A stretch of DNA of 64,000 nt, taken from Octopus sinensis. Lineage: Eukaryota. The notes under the pieces were generated by a model, which did no database searches, was not told where the DNA came from, and saw nothing but the letters and a program-made list of their open reading frames with translations. The stretch spans positions 138,632,001 through 138,696,000 of the forward strand of contig NC_042998.1 in NCBI RefSeq assembly GCF_006345805.1. The letters run 5' to 3'. The translations under genes were made by a program, and so were the position numbers. Below, piece by piece: positions 51,313-64,000 of this stretch (positions within the stretch are counted from its first letter, which is position 1; every line of letters starts with the position of its first letter).

Positions 51313-54300
51313 TAGTTGTAAGGCGGCGAGCTGGAACGCTGGATAAAATGTTTAGCGGCATTTTGTCCGTCTTTACATTTTATTCTTTCATAAGTCCCAG
51401 TTGAGCGAACACTGGAGTCGATGCAATGGTCTAGCCACCGACCCTGAAATTGCAGAACCCGTCTGAAAATTTGAAAGTAATATGATAGTGGTTTCTGAAG
51501 ATAAGAGAGACAACTCTTGAATATCTTTGGTATTATATTGACTTGGTAGTGTAATATATAGACAGTAAAATGTGCTGATGTGGCTGCGTGTATGTTATTA
51601 CAAGAGTTCATATAGAGATGAAAGAATAGATACAAGGTCTCTACATTAACTACATGAAATATATTTGATTCTTCTATCGATGATAATACATGGAATCAAA
51701 TTGTAGAAACTTGTTGAATGAAGTAATCTATGCGAAATGGCGGCTTTCAGTCATGGGACGTAGAGAAATAGACGGACATAGCAACGTCGTGAATGGCTCC
51801 AAGTCTAATAAAAAAGCTGTGTTAGCAAGCTGTCTTTATTAATGGAACACTAGACATTCTAGAAACTTCAAAAAGAAACTTCAAGTTTCTTGAATAATTA
51901 AGATTCACGTCTCATGATATTGATGCATTCGAGAAATTTAGAGAAGGGAGGTTACTCTATGAGCTTTCTTGCAAGGGAGGTCATTCAACTATCTGGCTTC
52001 TGCTACAACTTAATTATCGAATGAGATAAGAATGTTCTTAAACCGGTTATATTATTTGATGGGGAGTGAAAATGTTTTGAAAATGTTTTGTAATATTTGC
52101 GCGGTATCTTTACGTTTGAAGTCCAAACGCCGTCGAAGTGAAGCTTTCATTTATTCCTCTGATGTCCATGGAATAATGTACACGTCAAGTCTTGGGGTCA
52201 ATTTAATTGATCAAGCCCCGTCCCTCTAAAATTTGAGCCTTGTATATGTATTAGAAACACCTGTATACGGCTGTGGTTTTCGCAGAACCGTTACAACAGC
52301 CATTTATGTTCCAAGTTCTAATCCCACTGATACCACTTTTGATTTTCGTCTTACCCGGGTTGATAAAATAATGTACCAGTCGACTGTTCTGCTCCCACTA
52401 AATTTCTAGCCTAGTGAATATGTTCGAAACTATTATAATTTTCCGGTGTACGTAACAGAGGTAGTATTAAATGAAAATAGCCATCTATGTATTATACTCA
52501 ATGTACACACACTGACGATAGGCCAGTTTGTCCTGATATAACATCTCTTATGGGCTTGCTGTATTAAAAACACAATAAATATCGGACAGAGACCAAAATT
52601 CATCTCAGCAGCGGCCAGCGAGAGTGCCAGATGTATTTCAGTGCTTCTGGCCTTTTTCAATCGTGCGTAAGTGGCAGCCAGCCACACGCCCAGACGAGAA
52701 ACCATCAATTCTGATATAGGAAACAGTGAAGAAAACATTCACTGATGTTCCACCCGGCTACGAATTTGTGTTGCCTCCCGATATTTATTATTATTTTTTT
52801 TATCTTTATACAGCACGTCCACGAGAGATGTTATTTCAGGACAAATACTGCAGTATTTGGCCTATCAACTATGTAAATCCACGATATATGACCAAATAGT
52901 GATGAATGAATCATGTAAGCATTCAAAACTGTACATTTAGGGCGTACGGAAATTAGTGGCGCAAAAAAATTTAGTGTTGAGATATTTAACACATGGCTGA
53001 TTTGATAAAATGTCGAACAATATGCCTGGGATATTTAATTTACGACCGTTTACACTATGCGACAAAGTTTCACAGGCGTCAGTTTTACCTTTCATCCTTC
53101 CGAGATCGATAAAATAAATTATCAGTCATGTATTGGGTGTAGATCGCTGCTTTATTTTTTTTTTTATATATCTAAAATGCTATGCAGGAATATTACATTC
53201 ACCCCCTTCCCTTCATCAATACTTATATACTTTCGTAGCGTCAGGTAAGTCGCATTCATTTTATGTTCGTAATGTTTGACTTCAGACTCTGATCTGTACA
53301 TAAATTACATCTTGTTTTCCGTAAAAACTGACGCAACTTCGTCTGCGGCTGCGTTTAAATAAATAATTAAATAAAACCTTTAACCGAAATAACTCCAAAT
53401 ATTGCCAATGCAGTTTACCAACGTTCTGGAACTAGAAATATCATAGCAATACGTTTCGGTTTTGTGTGAACTAGAAATACCACAGTGATACGTTTCGGCC
53501 GAATGGAAAAATCAAGATACCGAAAGCTTGAAAAACTAACAAAGAAAAAAAAATTAAAAAGAAAAAAAACACAGAATACCGAATGTCACGGTGTCGAAGG
53601 ATCAAAACTCCGAATTCGGAAATATTTTAAGGAAAAATAAAACTAAAACCGATATCCATGGCATATTCGTAGTGGAATTATGGAGTATAAGGACAGGCCG
53701 TCTATGGTCAAACGTGTTGATGAATTTGGTAATATCTCTATCCCAAATCTACATATAGCTCATGATTACAATTATAGATTTATGAAACCAATCCAATTGT
53801 AAGAAAATATTAGATATATGTTTGAGCCTTTAGAAAATGAATTTTTTGTTATAACAATCCACAAAAATCGTAGACATACCACAATAGGAACGGTAATATA
53901 CTGCAAAATATTTATAGCAGTTAGAAGAAAAAAGTTGCATAAGCGAATTTGATGAATATAAAACAAACGCTGTTTTATTTATTTATTTTGTAGTTTTATT
54001 AGCATTGATACTAGTTGTGTATGTAGTTGAAATAAACAATATTAAACTTAAGATATATTTCATATACATTTAATATTCAAAAACACATACACAGATGTAT
54101 ATATACATATATATATATATTGGAAGTGTTGGAGATGATGTACAGGTATTAAATATTAGAAGAAATGAGGTAATCAGAAGATCGGATGGTTTATATTTAC
54201 AGATATTTATTTATATATTACATTTTTTACATATATATCATATCACTTAGATCATTAGCGCTTTCTCCCATTCTAGTGGGGTTTTCAAATCAAAATAAGT

Positions 54301-54417
54301 TTCTTTGTGGGGAATTTTAATCATTTTATAGAGTTTCGTGGTGGTGGGGAGGAATATAAGATAGTACAAGAGGGTGATGTGGATGAGGAGAAAGTGAGAG
54401 AGAGAACATGTGTGTAT

Positions 54418-54449
<32 letters not shown>

Positions 54450-55501
54450 TTGTATCTGAGGTGAGTGCTAAAGAGAAAGAGGGGAAGGGAGAGGGAAGAA
54501 GAAGTGGTCAAAGCTGAAATTTTTAGAACCCCCTTGGAGTCAATATTCTGTCCAGCAGAAAGAATATGTGTATGAGAGAGAGTTTCGATTCATAACTCAA
54601 GTTGATTAAAATATTAAAACATTTAATAACCAGTCTGGCCTGAAACACCCACAACAATCCCCTGAATTTGGTTTAATTCTGCTGAAGTTCTTGTTAACAT
54701 TTTCAAGACAAAATCTTCATGCTGTTGGAGAGTAGCTTCTTGGACGAAATGGCGCAATTTCTGTAAGTCTTTCTCCATATACTTCTCGGAAAGCTGAAAA
54801 TGATAAAAGGATAATATTTTAAACAGAATATCAATAAATTGTTTTTAACACATGCACAAAGTTGGTCAGCTGGCAGAATCGACAGGGCGTCGAACAAAAT
54901 GCTAAGTGACATTTTGTCAGGCTCTTTACGTTCTGAGTTCAAATCCCGCCGAGATCAACTTTGTCTTTCGTCCCTTTGGAGTCAATAAAATAAAATATCA
55001 GTCAACTACTGGAGTCGACGTAATCGACTTGTCCCACCCACTTAAAGTTGTTTGTCTTGAATGGACTTTCCCATTCAGGAGAATTTTGTGGTTTTCGTCA
55101 TTTATGCGACATGAAAACTATATATATCATCATCGTCGTTATATGGTATTACTGTCTAGGGACATGGTATAAAATTATAAGCACAACGCCTGGAATTTGG
55201 AAGCGGGGGTTAGTCGATTGCAACGACCCAAATACTAGATTGGTATTTTATTTATCAACTCCGGAGAGGATGAACGACAAAGTTGACCTGACAGCGGAAT
55301 TTGAGCTCAGAATGCAGAGTCAGGAGAAATACCGCAAAGCGTTCTTTCTGACGCTTTTAACGATTCTGCCAGTGCGCTGTCCTTAAAGAATATCATTTAT
55401 CGTTTATCACTGATTGATTCATTCATCATTACTCAGTTACTAGAGCTGTCTTGCGAGAAATACCAGTCTTGAGGATTCGTCCCCTTTCTTTTCTTTTCTT
55501 T

Positions 55502-55533
<32 letters not shown>

Positions 55534-56299
55534 TCAGTTATATTGTTTCTTATTTAGACACAAAGCTAGCAATTTTGAAAGCAGTGGAGGTTAGTTGATA
55601 CCATCGGCCCCAGTAGCTGATTGGTCTTTTATTTTACAGAACCCAAAAGGATAAGAAGCAAAGTAGGCCTCAGCGAGATTTGAACACAAATCTCAAAGTA
55701 TTTTATCCGACGCTCTGACTACCCTACCAGCTCACCGCCGCCCTTTTTCCTCAAAGAGAAAGAACTAGGAGGGGCCAGCGGCATGTATTTGAGCAACGTA
55801 GACAAGTACAAGGCTATCAATTACCAAACAGCATAAAGACCGAATGTATTAAATTATCTCCGCCTGTAGTGGATGTTTTTCTCTCTCCCCTCCCTCCCTC
55901 CCTCTCTCTTTTCTTTTCTCTCTCTCCCACTCTCTTCCTCTCTCTCTCTCTCACACACACACACACATACGTCTAAGAATCCATAAGTCATAAAAAAACA
56001 TCAGGCACCTATATATTTATCATTAGAGTGGGTATACTGATATTTATATAATAAAGTATTATAAATTCATCTCAACCGCTTTTACCGATCGGTAGAACTA
56101 ATGGGTCTATGATACTGAATTGTACGAGCGCTCATGCGCGCGCGGAGTTTCAGAATTGTACAAGTAATAAAACAAAAAAAAAACAACCAGAGACAGGCGA
56201 GGGAACAACAAGCAGTGTATTAGCTTGACGATCACGAAAAATGGAAGTCAATGGCGTCTCGATACACCTGCGCGCGCACACACACATATATGCCTGTAT

Positions 56300-56610
56300 A
56301 TAATAGACAAAAATAATGTATGATATACATTTATATATATGTTTAAGATATGCGTTTGGGTGCTTTGATAGTTCAATCCTATCAATCGATTGATCGATCG
56401 ACTGAATATGTATAGAGAACCACCAGCCGTTTTCCTTGGCAGTAGACTTGTTTCGGCTCTGAAGAAGATAGCTTTCGGTTGGTGGTTCCCTATATATCGA
56501 TCGATTGATAAGATTGAACTATGAACACGCCCAAACTCATATCTGAAACATCTGTAAGCCTATAATACATTAAAAAAAATGTATATAATCCATTATTTCT
56601 GTCTATTTTA
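56300..56610. repeat. Diverged foldback / MITE-like palindrome
   Basis: AATAGACA..GTTTGGGTG..ATAGTTCAATC.TATCAATCGAT..GAACCACCAGCCG mirrored by CGGTTGGTGGTTC..ATCGATTGATA.GATTGAACTAT..CCCAAAC..TGTCTATT. Confidence 0.7.
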
Positions 56611-56859
56611 CGTATCACTCTGCAAAATCCTACCATCTTAACTAGGTACTAGAACCATGAATTTAAACATTTGACTGATGATGGACTTTGATTTTGGATT
56701 ACTCAGAGTACAATACCAACCACAAGACTTTTTGATAGGTTGGTGTAATTTTATCTGCAGAGTGCTTAAGAAATATTTCGCCTTGATTATTAACCATTTA
56801 TTAATCACACTTTCTTTTGATATATGCCTGTATATAATTTTTATGCATGTATATATACG

Positions 56860-57090
56860 TGGAGGCTTAGTGTTTAGGGTGTCAGTTTCATGATCGTAAG
56901 ATTGTAGTTTCGATTCCTACACTGGGCGACGCGTTGTGTTCTTGAGCAAAACACTTCAATTCACGTTGCTCTAGGCAGCTGACAAAAATTAGTAACACTG
57001 CGATGGACTGGCGTTCCATCCAGCTTGGGAACACATGCGCCATGGAAACCGGGCCCATGAGCCTGGCTGGGCTTTAAAAAGGGCGCATTT
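56860..57090 (+). mobile_element. tRNA-derived SINE (family D)
   Basis: GGCTTAGTGTTTAGGG..GTTTCGATTCC..GCGTTGTGTTCTTGAGCAAAACACTT; similar copy at ~62520-62745. Confidence 0.7.
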
Positions 57091-57294
57091 ATTTATTTAT
57101 TTTATGTATATATACATGTATATACACACACATATACACACGCACAACAGCCAGCAGAGTGAGTTGAGTAGAGTGTTGGACTATTGATCGATGCCTTGAC
57201 AGTCTGTATCACGATATTGACATTTAAGCTCCCATTTAAGCTCCCAACCATAATTATAATAATGATGGGCTCTCCCGCCGGAGATGACATATGT

Positions 57295-57295
57295 T

Positions 57296-57333
<38 letters not shown>

Positions 57334-57434
57334 TATACATATACACATATAATATATATATACATATACACATATATATATATATAATACATATATATTA
57401 ATATAACATATATAATATATATATATATAAATAT

Positions 57435-57495
<61 letters not shown>

Positions 57496-57627
57496 ATATA
57501 TACATATATATTATATATATATATATATAATATATATTTATAATATATATATATACATATATATATATATTATATATATAGATATATACATATATTATAT
57601 ATATATATATATATATATACATATTAA

Positions 57628-57664
<37 letters not shown>

Positions 57665-57710
57665 ATATATACTATATATATATATTATATATATATATAT
57701 ATATACATAT

Positions 57711-57749
<39 letters not shown>

Positions 57750-57860
57750 TATATATATATATTATATATATTATCTATATTATATATACAATATTATATA
57801 TATATAATATATATATACATATATATATATATATCTATATATATATATATACATATATAT

Positions 57861-57891
<31 letters not shown>

Positions 57892-57956
57892 TTATATATA
57901 TTATATATATACATATATATATATTATATAATATTATAACAATATATATATATTAT

Positions 57957-58051
<95 letters not shown>

Positions 58052-58099
58052 ATACATATATACATATATATATACATATACATATATAATACATATATC

Positions 58100-58130
<31 letters not shown>

Positions 58131-58404
58131 TATATACATATATACATATATATATATATATATTATATATAAATATATATAAATATATATATATATATAA
58201 ATATATATATATAAAAATATATATATATAAATATATATATAAATATATATATATATATAAATATATATAATATATAAAAATATATATCTATATGATATAT
58301 ATAAATATATATATATAATAATAAATATATATATATATATAAATATATATAATATATATATATATTAAATATATATATATATATATATAAATATATATTA
58401 TATA

Positions 58405-58435
<31 letters not shown>

Positions 58436-58571
58436 AATATTAATATATATAAAAAATATATTAAATTTTATTATAAATTAAATATATATTATATATCAAT
58501 AAATATATATATATATATATAAATATATATATATATAGATAAATATATATATATATATATAAATAATATAC

Positions 58572-58603
<32 letters not shown>

Positions 58604-58815
58604 CTAAATATATATATATATATATATAAATATTATATGTATCTAAATATATATATTATATAATATATATAATAAATATATATATATAGATTAATATTAT
58701 ATATATATATATATATATCTATATATATCTAAACATATGTCATCTCAGGCGAGGGCAAACAACATGTTATTATAATGTATATCTATATATATATATATTA
58801 TATATATATATATAT
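57295..58815. repeat. ~1.5-kb imperfect (TA)n tract
   Basis: Directly visible; possibly low-quality assembly. Confidence 0.95.
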
Positions 58816-58904
58816 ATAACATTACTTTATATAATTAGGGTTCAGCAAAAAAAATTGCTTTACCACATACCGAACTTTTAGAAATATATATATATATGAA
58901 ATGT

Positions 58905-59592
58905 AGGCGGTTGACCGGATAGATTCTCAGAGCCTTTAGAACAAGAGACCAGGAAACCATGATGGTCCTCTGGAGGACACTTGTCCTAAGCCACTTTGAC
59001 TATTGCTCTCAGCTGTGGTCACCATCCAGTGTCAAGTTAATCACAGAACTTGAGGCGATCCAACGAAGCTACACGAAGAAGATAGCCTCTGTGCAGCATA
59101 TAAGCTACTGGAAAAGACTCAAGAGATTAAGACTCTATTCCTTAGAGCGTAGGCGAGAAAGATATGCCATAATATACATCTGGAAGATCCTAGAAGGACT
59201 TGTCCCAAACTTTGGCATCGAGAGTCACACAAATGCTAGAACTGGGCGCCACTGCATAGTGCCAAGGACTCCAAATTTGCCATCAAGATGTAGGACAAGA
59301 TACTGTGATAGCCTGGGCTTCAGAGGACCACAGTTCTTCAATATCCCACCGAAGAACCTGAGAGACCTGCATGGGGTGGATGCAGATGTCTTTAAAATAA
59401 AACTGGATCTCTTTCTGTCAGGTGTCCCAGATGAACCAACTTCACGGCAGGAGGTGCAGACGAGGGCAGCTGCATCGAACTCTCTCATGCACCAAATGAC
59501 AATTGCTAAAAAGCATTTGTGAAGTAAAATCATGTAGCAACACCAAATGGCGGTGCCCCAGCATGGCCACAGCTCGTGAGCTGAAACTAGAT
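58905..59592 (+). mobile_element. 3' fragment of a CR1-like LINE with intact 3' end
   Basis: LVLSHFDYCSQLWSP..LEAIQR..SYWKRLKRLRLYSLERRRER (CR1-group post-RT region); 3' UTR GGCGGTGCCCCAGCATGGCCACAG..TGAAAC. Confidence 0.85.
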
Positions 59593-59598
59593 AAAATA

Positions 59599-59631
<33 letters not shown>

Positions 59632-60347
59632 TAATATATACATATACATATAAATAAACATTTTCGGTCGCACATACATAGTGTATGTGGTTTGTTTACA
59701 CGGCAAATTTGCTGCGCTATAGCTGAGTGTTAAAGAGCACTGGAATATCACACGCCAGGCGAGACAACTCGAGGAATCACCTAGGATGGTAGATGTCGAT
59801 ATTTTGCCATTGTTGTGGATTATCAATACCATGTACTCGGATCATCTCGAAACGAAGTGATTCGCCGGTCTAGGACTTATATTCAGAGTGAAGTGTATTT
59901 ACTGATGCACTGCGGTGTAGCTATGTGAAAGAAAATTATATTATGAATTAAAAGCAGTACTTGTTATGTCGCACATACATAGTATATGCGTTTTGTTTAT
60001 ACGCCAAATTTGCTGTGGTAATGCGTCCAGGGAGAGCTCCTCGAAAGACGCCGAATGTTAAAGAACACCTGAATGTTTCAGACCAGGCGGAACAACTGGC
60101 CTCGGAATCACTAGAGTTGTTTTTAATTTGTAATTTAATTTTCTTTCACATGTGCTTCGTCGCAGCACATTAGCAAATAAACTTCACACTATTTTCAGCG
60201 ATTCAGTTTCTTTCGAGATAATCCGAGTACATTGTATTTCTTGTAGGTATTAGCCAACAACAGTTTAAACAAAACATCAACGTCATCAAGGACCTACAAA
60301 GGTCATGTGCACTTATTCCAGACTCAGTAAGGAAAAAGCAAGTGATT

Positions 60348-60563
60348 TTATTGATCAAAATATTTCACACTGGAATATTCTTTTTGGAATATTCTTTCGG
60401 TAGAGTCGGACCTAAAAAGTATAGTCTCAGCACAAGTATGACAATAGGGTTTCATTTGAAAAACAAATCCATTTGCGATATGACCCATCGTTGGTATCTG
60501 GTTTGAAAGTAACGGTGTCATGTGCACCACTTCAGATGTGGGTATACTATTGTTTATACTGAT
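60348..60563 (-). CDS. Putative terminal coding exon of an unrecognised gene
   Basis: Acceptor TTTGCCTCATTTAG|ATC; 71 codons ISINNS...KYFDQ then TAA overlapping AATAAA; in phase with upstream exon across a 59-nt GT-AG intron. Confidence 0.55.
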   Translation of the reverse strand: MSINNSIPTSEVVHMTPLLSNQIPTMGHIANGFVFQMKPYCHTCAETILFRSDSTERIFQKEYSSVKYFDQ

Positions 60564-60622
60564 CTAAATGAGGCAAATGATCTAAATTTGCAAATAACGA
60601 GAAGAAAGTATTTAGGTCTTAC

Positions 60623-60835
60623 CAGTATAAGTTGAATTTTCAAGTCTTTAAGTTTATGGGTTGTCGCTCTTAAAGTGCAGTAGTCTGTGGTAATTCTATT
60701 AGGAGACTTGCTACATAATTTACAACGGTCATGCGCTGGTTTATGTTTACAGAGAGATGTCTTCATCATGTCCAGAAGAATTTCAAACAGATTTATGTAT
60801 CGGTCCAAAGTAAATGCCAACTTCTTCAGAAAATT
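60623..60835 (-). CDS. Putative internal coding exon (213 nt, phase 0-0)
   Basis: TTTATAG|AAT...CTG|GTAAGA; open frame NFLKKLAFTLDRY...KIQLIL. Confidence 0.6.
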
Positions 60836-61301
60836 CTATAAATTTTTTTTTAAAAAATCAAAAGACAAAGTTTTCGTGTAATTTTATAGACAATTTAGAT
60901 TGTAGAGATTCTATAATACAATGAAACACAGAGAGGTAATATAGAATAATACCTTCTCAGCATAGAGTGTCTGAAGTAATTTCCCGAACTTCACTATGTT
61001 AAATCTATGTTAGGATTTGTATATATCTCTTTTAACTAACAAAACAGTCGTCAACCATTCTATACTCATGCTGCTTTCAACAACAATATTGACGTATTTT
61101 GGAGTTCACAGTATTTGGTACACATATTGCAGCACTAGTGATATGAATAATCAATCGGTTCTTAAACTAACCATCTGTCATCCAATGGACTCGGTCAGTT
61201 GCGACTCTAATTTTCAGTAGGATTATGCGTATAGAAAATTAGATGCTTGTAGAAGGGTTTAGCTATAGGCGGTCCTAGTCAGATATATCTAACAACCTAA
61301 A

Positions 61302-61469
61302 CAGGGCCGTCTTAACAACTTGATAGGCTCTCGGAAAAATCATTACACTGTGCCCTATAGTATTTATGCACTGAAAACAATCCGCAACATACACAGATCA
61401 GAACTGGGCCCCTAGATCAGTGAAACCCCAGGCAACTGTCCAGTGTGTCCATACCTTAAAACAGCCTTG
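61302..61469. mobile_element. hAT-like MITE
   Basis: CAGGGCCGTCTTAA ... TTAAAACAGCCTTG imperfect TIRs. Confidence 0.55.
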
Positions 61470-61475
61470 TACCCA

Positions 61476-61620
61476 AGGTCTCAGTTAGACATGTCTAGTT
61501 ACACGAAATCCCAGTAAAACATGTCTAGTTACAAGAGGTCACGGTTACATGTGTACATTACACGAAATTCAGATAGACGTGTCTAGATACACGAGGACCT
61601 AATTAGATACGTCTAGTTAA
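61476..61620. repeat. ~30-bp minisatellite (about 5 units)
   Basis: AGGTCYCAGTTAGACATGTCTAGTTACACG-like units. Confidence 0.7.
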
Positions 61621-62250
61621 TTATATGGGGTCCCAGATTGTAGATAATTGAAAGCTTGTTTACTTCAGTCAGTTAACTTTTAGTTGTAAACCAGACGACT
61701 TTTGCTACAAGAATACTGGTCTTTTTATTTATCAGTATTTTGTATTTTTTATAAAGAAATCTCCTAGTTAAGTATTTTTTATATTAGTCTATTTACACCG
61801 TTAAAACTTATGATTACTTTAACTACAATGAATATTCATTTTCATTACATAATTTCTACTTCCTCCATTCGGATTTGGGTTACTTATTGTGATAAAAAAA
61901 ATAATTTATTTAATTTTCTTATTAAGCATTACATTAAAAAAATTGTATAAATGATAATTATCTCCCTTAAACTATAAATTATTATGTAACTTTTTTATTG
62001 TACAAAGGCAAATTAAAGTTTATCATGACATCAAACATTCAAAAAATATTGTAGATAATTCATATATTTAAAACACATTTCATAAAATATTGTGTGTGTG
62101 TTTGATAAAAGTTGTGCATCATAAATCTGTTCTATAACATTTTTTTGTTAGAACATTAGTACTTCAATGCGTCAGGCGTTTGGCACATAAAATTTATTTG
62201 CAGTTTGTCCATCTCAAAAAAAGTATACTAAAAATCGGGACAAAACTTAC

Positions 62251-62385
62251 CGTAAAATCTTCTTCACTTACAAAAGTATTATTCGCAATGTAATCGAATT
62301 CAGAGAAAATTTCTTTGCTGTTATTCAGCCATTCGTTAGTACAAAAAGAAATGTACGTGTTTTCTTCTTTATCCAATCGATTGCA
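62251..62385 (-). CDS. Putative internal coding exon (135 nt, phase 0-0)
   Basis: TCTTTTATTTTGTAG|TGC...ACG|GTAAGT; open frame CNRLDKEENTY...EEDFT. Confidence 0.65.
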
Positions 62386-63644
62386 CTACAAAATAAAAGA
62401 TTTAAATAATCCTTTATAATTTTAACATAAGGCCACTAAGTCTTAAGAGGACGGGGAAGCCGATTACATCGACCCCAGTGCTGAACAGATTCTTATTTTA
62501 TTGATCCTGACAGGATGAATGCACGTAGCCAAGTGGTTAGGGGTGTTGCATTCTTGATCACAGGATCGTGGTTTCGATTCCCACAACGGGCGGTGCGTTG
62601 TGTTTTTGAGCAAAACACTTCGCTTTGCGTTGTTCGAGTCTATTCAGCTGCAAATGAATAACCTTGCGACAGACTGGTCTCTCATTCAAGAAGAATGTTG
62701 TGATCCCGGTTACTTATATCCACTGAAACCGGGGAACCGGCCCTACCTGTCTTTGGACTCGATAATAACAATGTTGAAAGGATGTTCACCCCATTACCGC
62801 CTGACAACTGATGTTGGTGTGTTTGCGCCCCCGTAACTTGGCAGTTCGGCAAAAGATCCCGATAGAATAAGTACTAGGCTTAAGAAATAAGTCATGTAGT
62901 CAAGTTGTTCGACTAAAACCCTTCAAGGCGGTGTTCGAGCATGGCCAAAGTCAAATGACGGAAACAAGTAAAAGAATAAAAGAATATAAAAATACAATAG
63001 AATATGAAACACCATTAATTTTTTTTCATTATACAAACACACACACACACACACACACACACCTACACACACACACACACATATACATATATATACGACG
63101 GGCTTCTTTCAGTTTCTTTCTACCAAATCCACTCACAAGGCTTTTGTCTGCCCGAGGTTATAGTAGAAGACACTTGCCCAAGGTGCCACGCAGTAGGAGT
63201 GAATCCGGAACCATGTGGTTCGTAAGCAAGCTACTTACCAGACAGACACTCCTACGCCTAAATTGTAATTTTAATCAAAATTCTTTTTAGTTAACTATAT
63301 TAACTATACGAGTGACTACTCATCTAAAGCTAGCATGGTATACATCTCTTATTTTATTGGCTCCTGATCACGTGTTGATGACAATTACTAATTTTTCCGT
63401 TCACGTTTTCAAAGAGTGTTTTATTTATTTATTTTTAAAGTAGAGAGCGGTAAAGTTTGTCAATTATTTCTGGCATTTATTTACAACGACATTAGTGGAG
63501 GGAAGGTGAAGCTGATATAGTAATGTCTGAATGGAAATATAAACATGCCAATTAAATGTATTTCTATAAGACAGTAATTCATTATATAACAGTAGTTCCA
63601 CCGTGTTTCCTCCAAATGAAATATTGTTTAGATGCATTTAAATG

Positions 63645-63935
63645 GTTACGACGACGAGGGTTCCAGTTGATCTGATCAACGGAACAGCCTGCTCGTGAAA
63701 TTAACGTGCAAGTGGCTGAGCACTCCACAGACACGTGTACCATTAACGTAGTTCTCAGGGAGATTCATCGTGATTCAGAGTGTTACAAGACTGGCTCTTT
63801 GAAATACAGCTGCTGCTCCTTTTTGCCAGATGAGGGGTCTGGAGCAAAGTGAAATAAAGTGTCTTGCTTAAGGACACAATACGTCGCTGGGAATTGAACT
63901 CACGACCTTACGATTGTGAGCCGAATACTCTAACC
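63645..63935 (-). mobile_element. SINE family C copy
   Basis: Central domain nearly identical to 14135-14300. Confidence 0.85.
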
Positions 63936-64000
63936 AAAGAAGAACTAATCTACATTACTGGCTGCAAATGAATTCGCAGGCGCTAAATCAGTTTTTCGAG

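Noticed and set aside
52433-52738. 101-aa minus-strand ORF
   Set aside because: No recognisable motif or convincing splice boundaries.
53430-53505. GAAACGTA hammerhead half-motifs
   Set aside because: No matching CTGANGA or stems; short tandem duplication only.
61476-61620. CRISPR-like array
   Set aside because: Contiguous diverged units with no unique spacers, no cas genes, eukaryotic context.

Overview
AT-rich, repeat-dominated eukaryotic DNA. The SINE families and long (TA)n/(CATA)n/(AAT)n tracts suggest an octopus/coleoid cephalopod (inference). Recognisable elements: two mariner relics, a decayed hAT (Charlie/Buster-type) transposon, a 5'-truncated Penelope-like element (PLE) and several short PLE-derived elements, a near full-length Tx1-type LINE between (TAA)n tracts, RTE, CR1-like and restriction-like-endonuclease LINE relics, Helitron-type and TIR MITEs, and dozens of tRNA-derived SINEs. 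Two things stand out. (1) About ten type-I hammerhead ribozyme motifs of several unrelated sequence families (four with an intact or near-intact core), mostly in elements next to (TA)n, including a ~300-bp tandem retrozyme-like unit. (2) The 3' end of an unrecognised minus-strand spliced gene (60.3-62.4 kb) with all phase-0 introns and amphipathic, Cys-containing segments reminiscent of a four-helix cytokine (speculative). Nearly all other listed ORFs are microsatellite or transposon artefacts. All calls were made by eye; coordinates of decayed elements are approximate.
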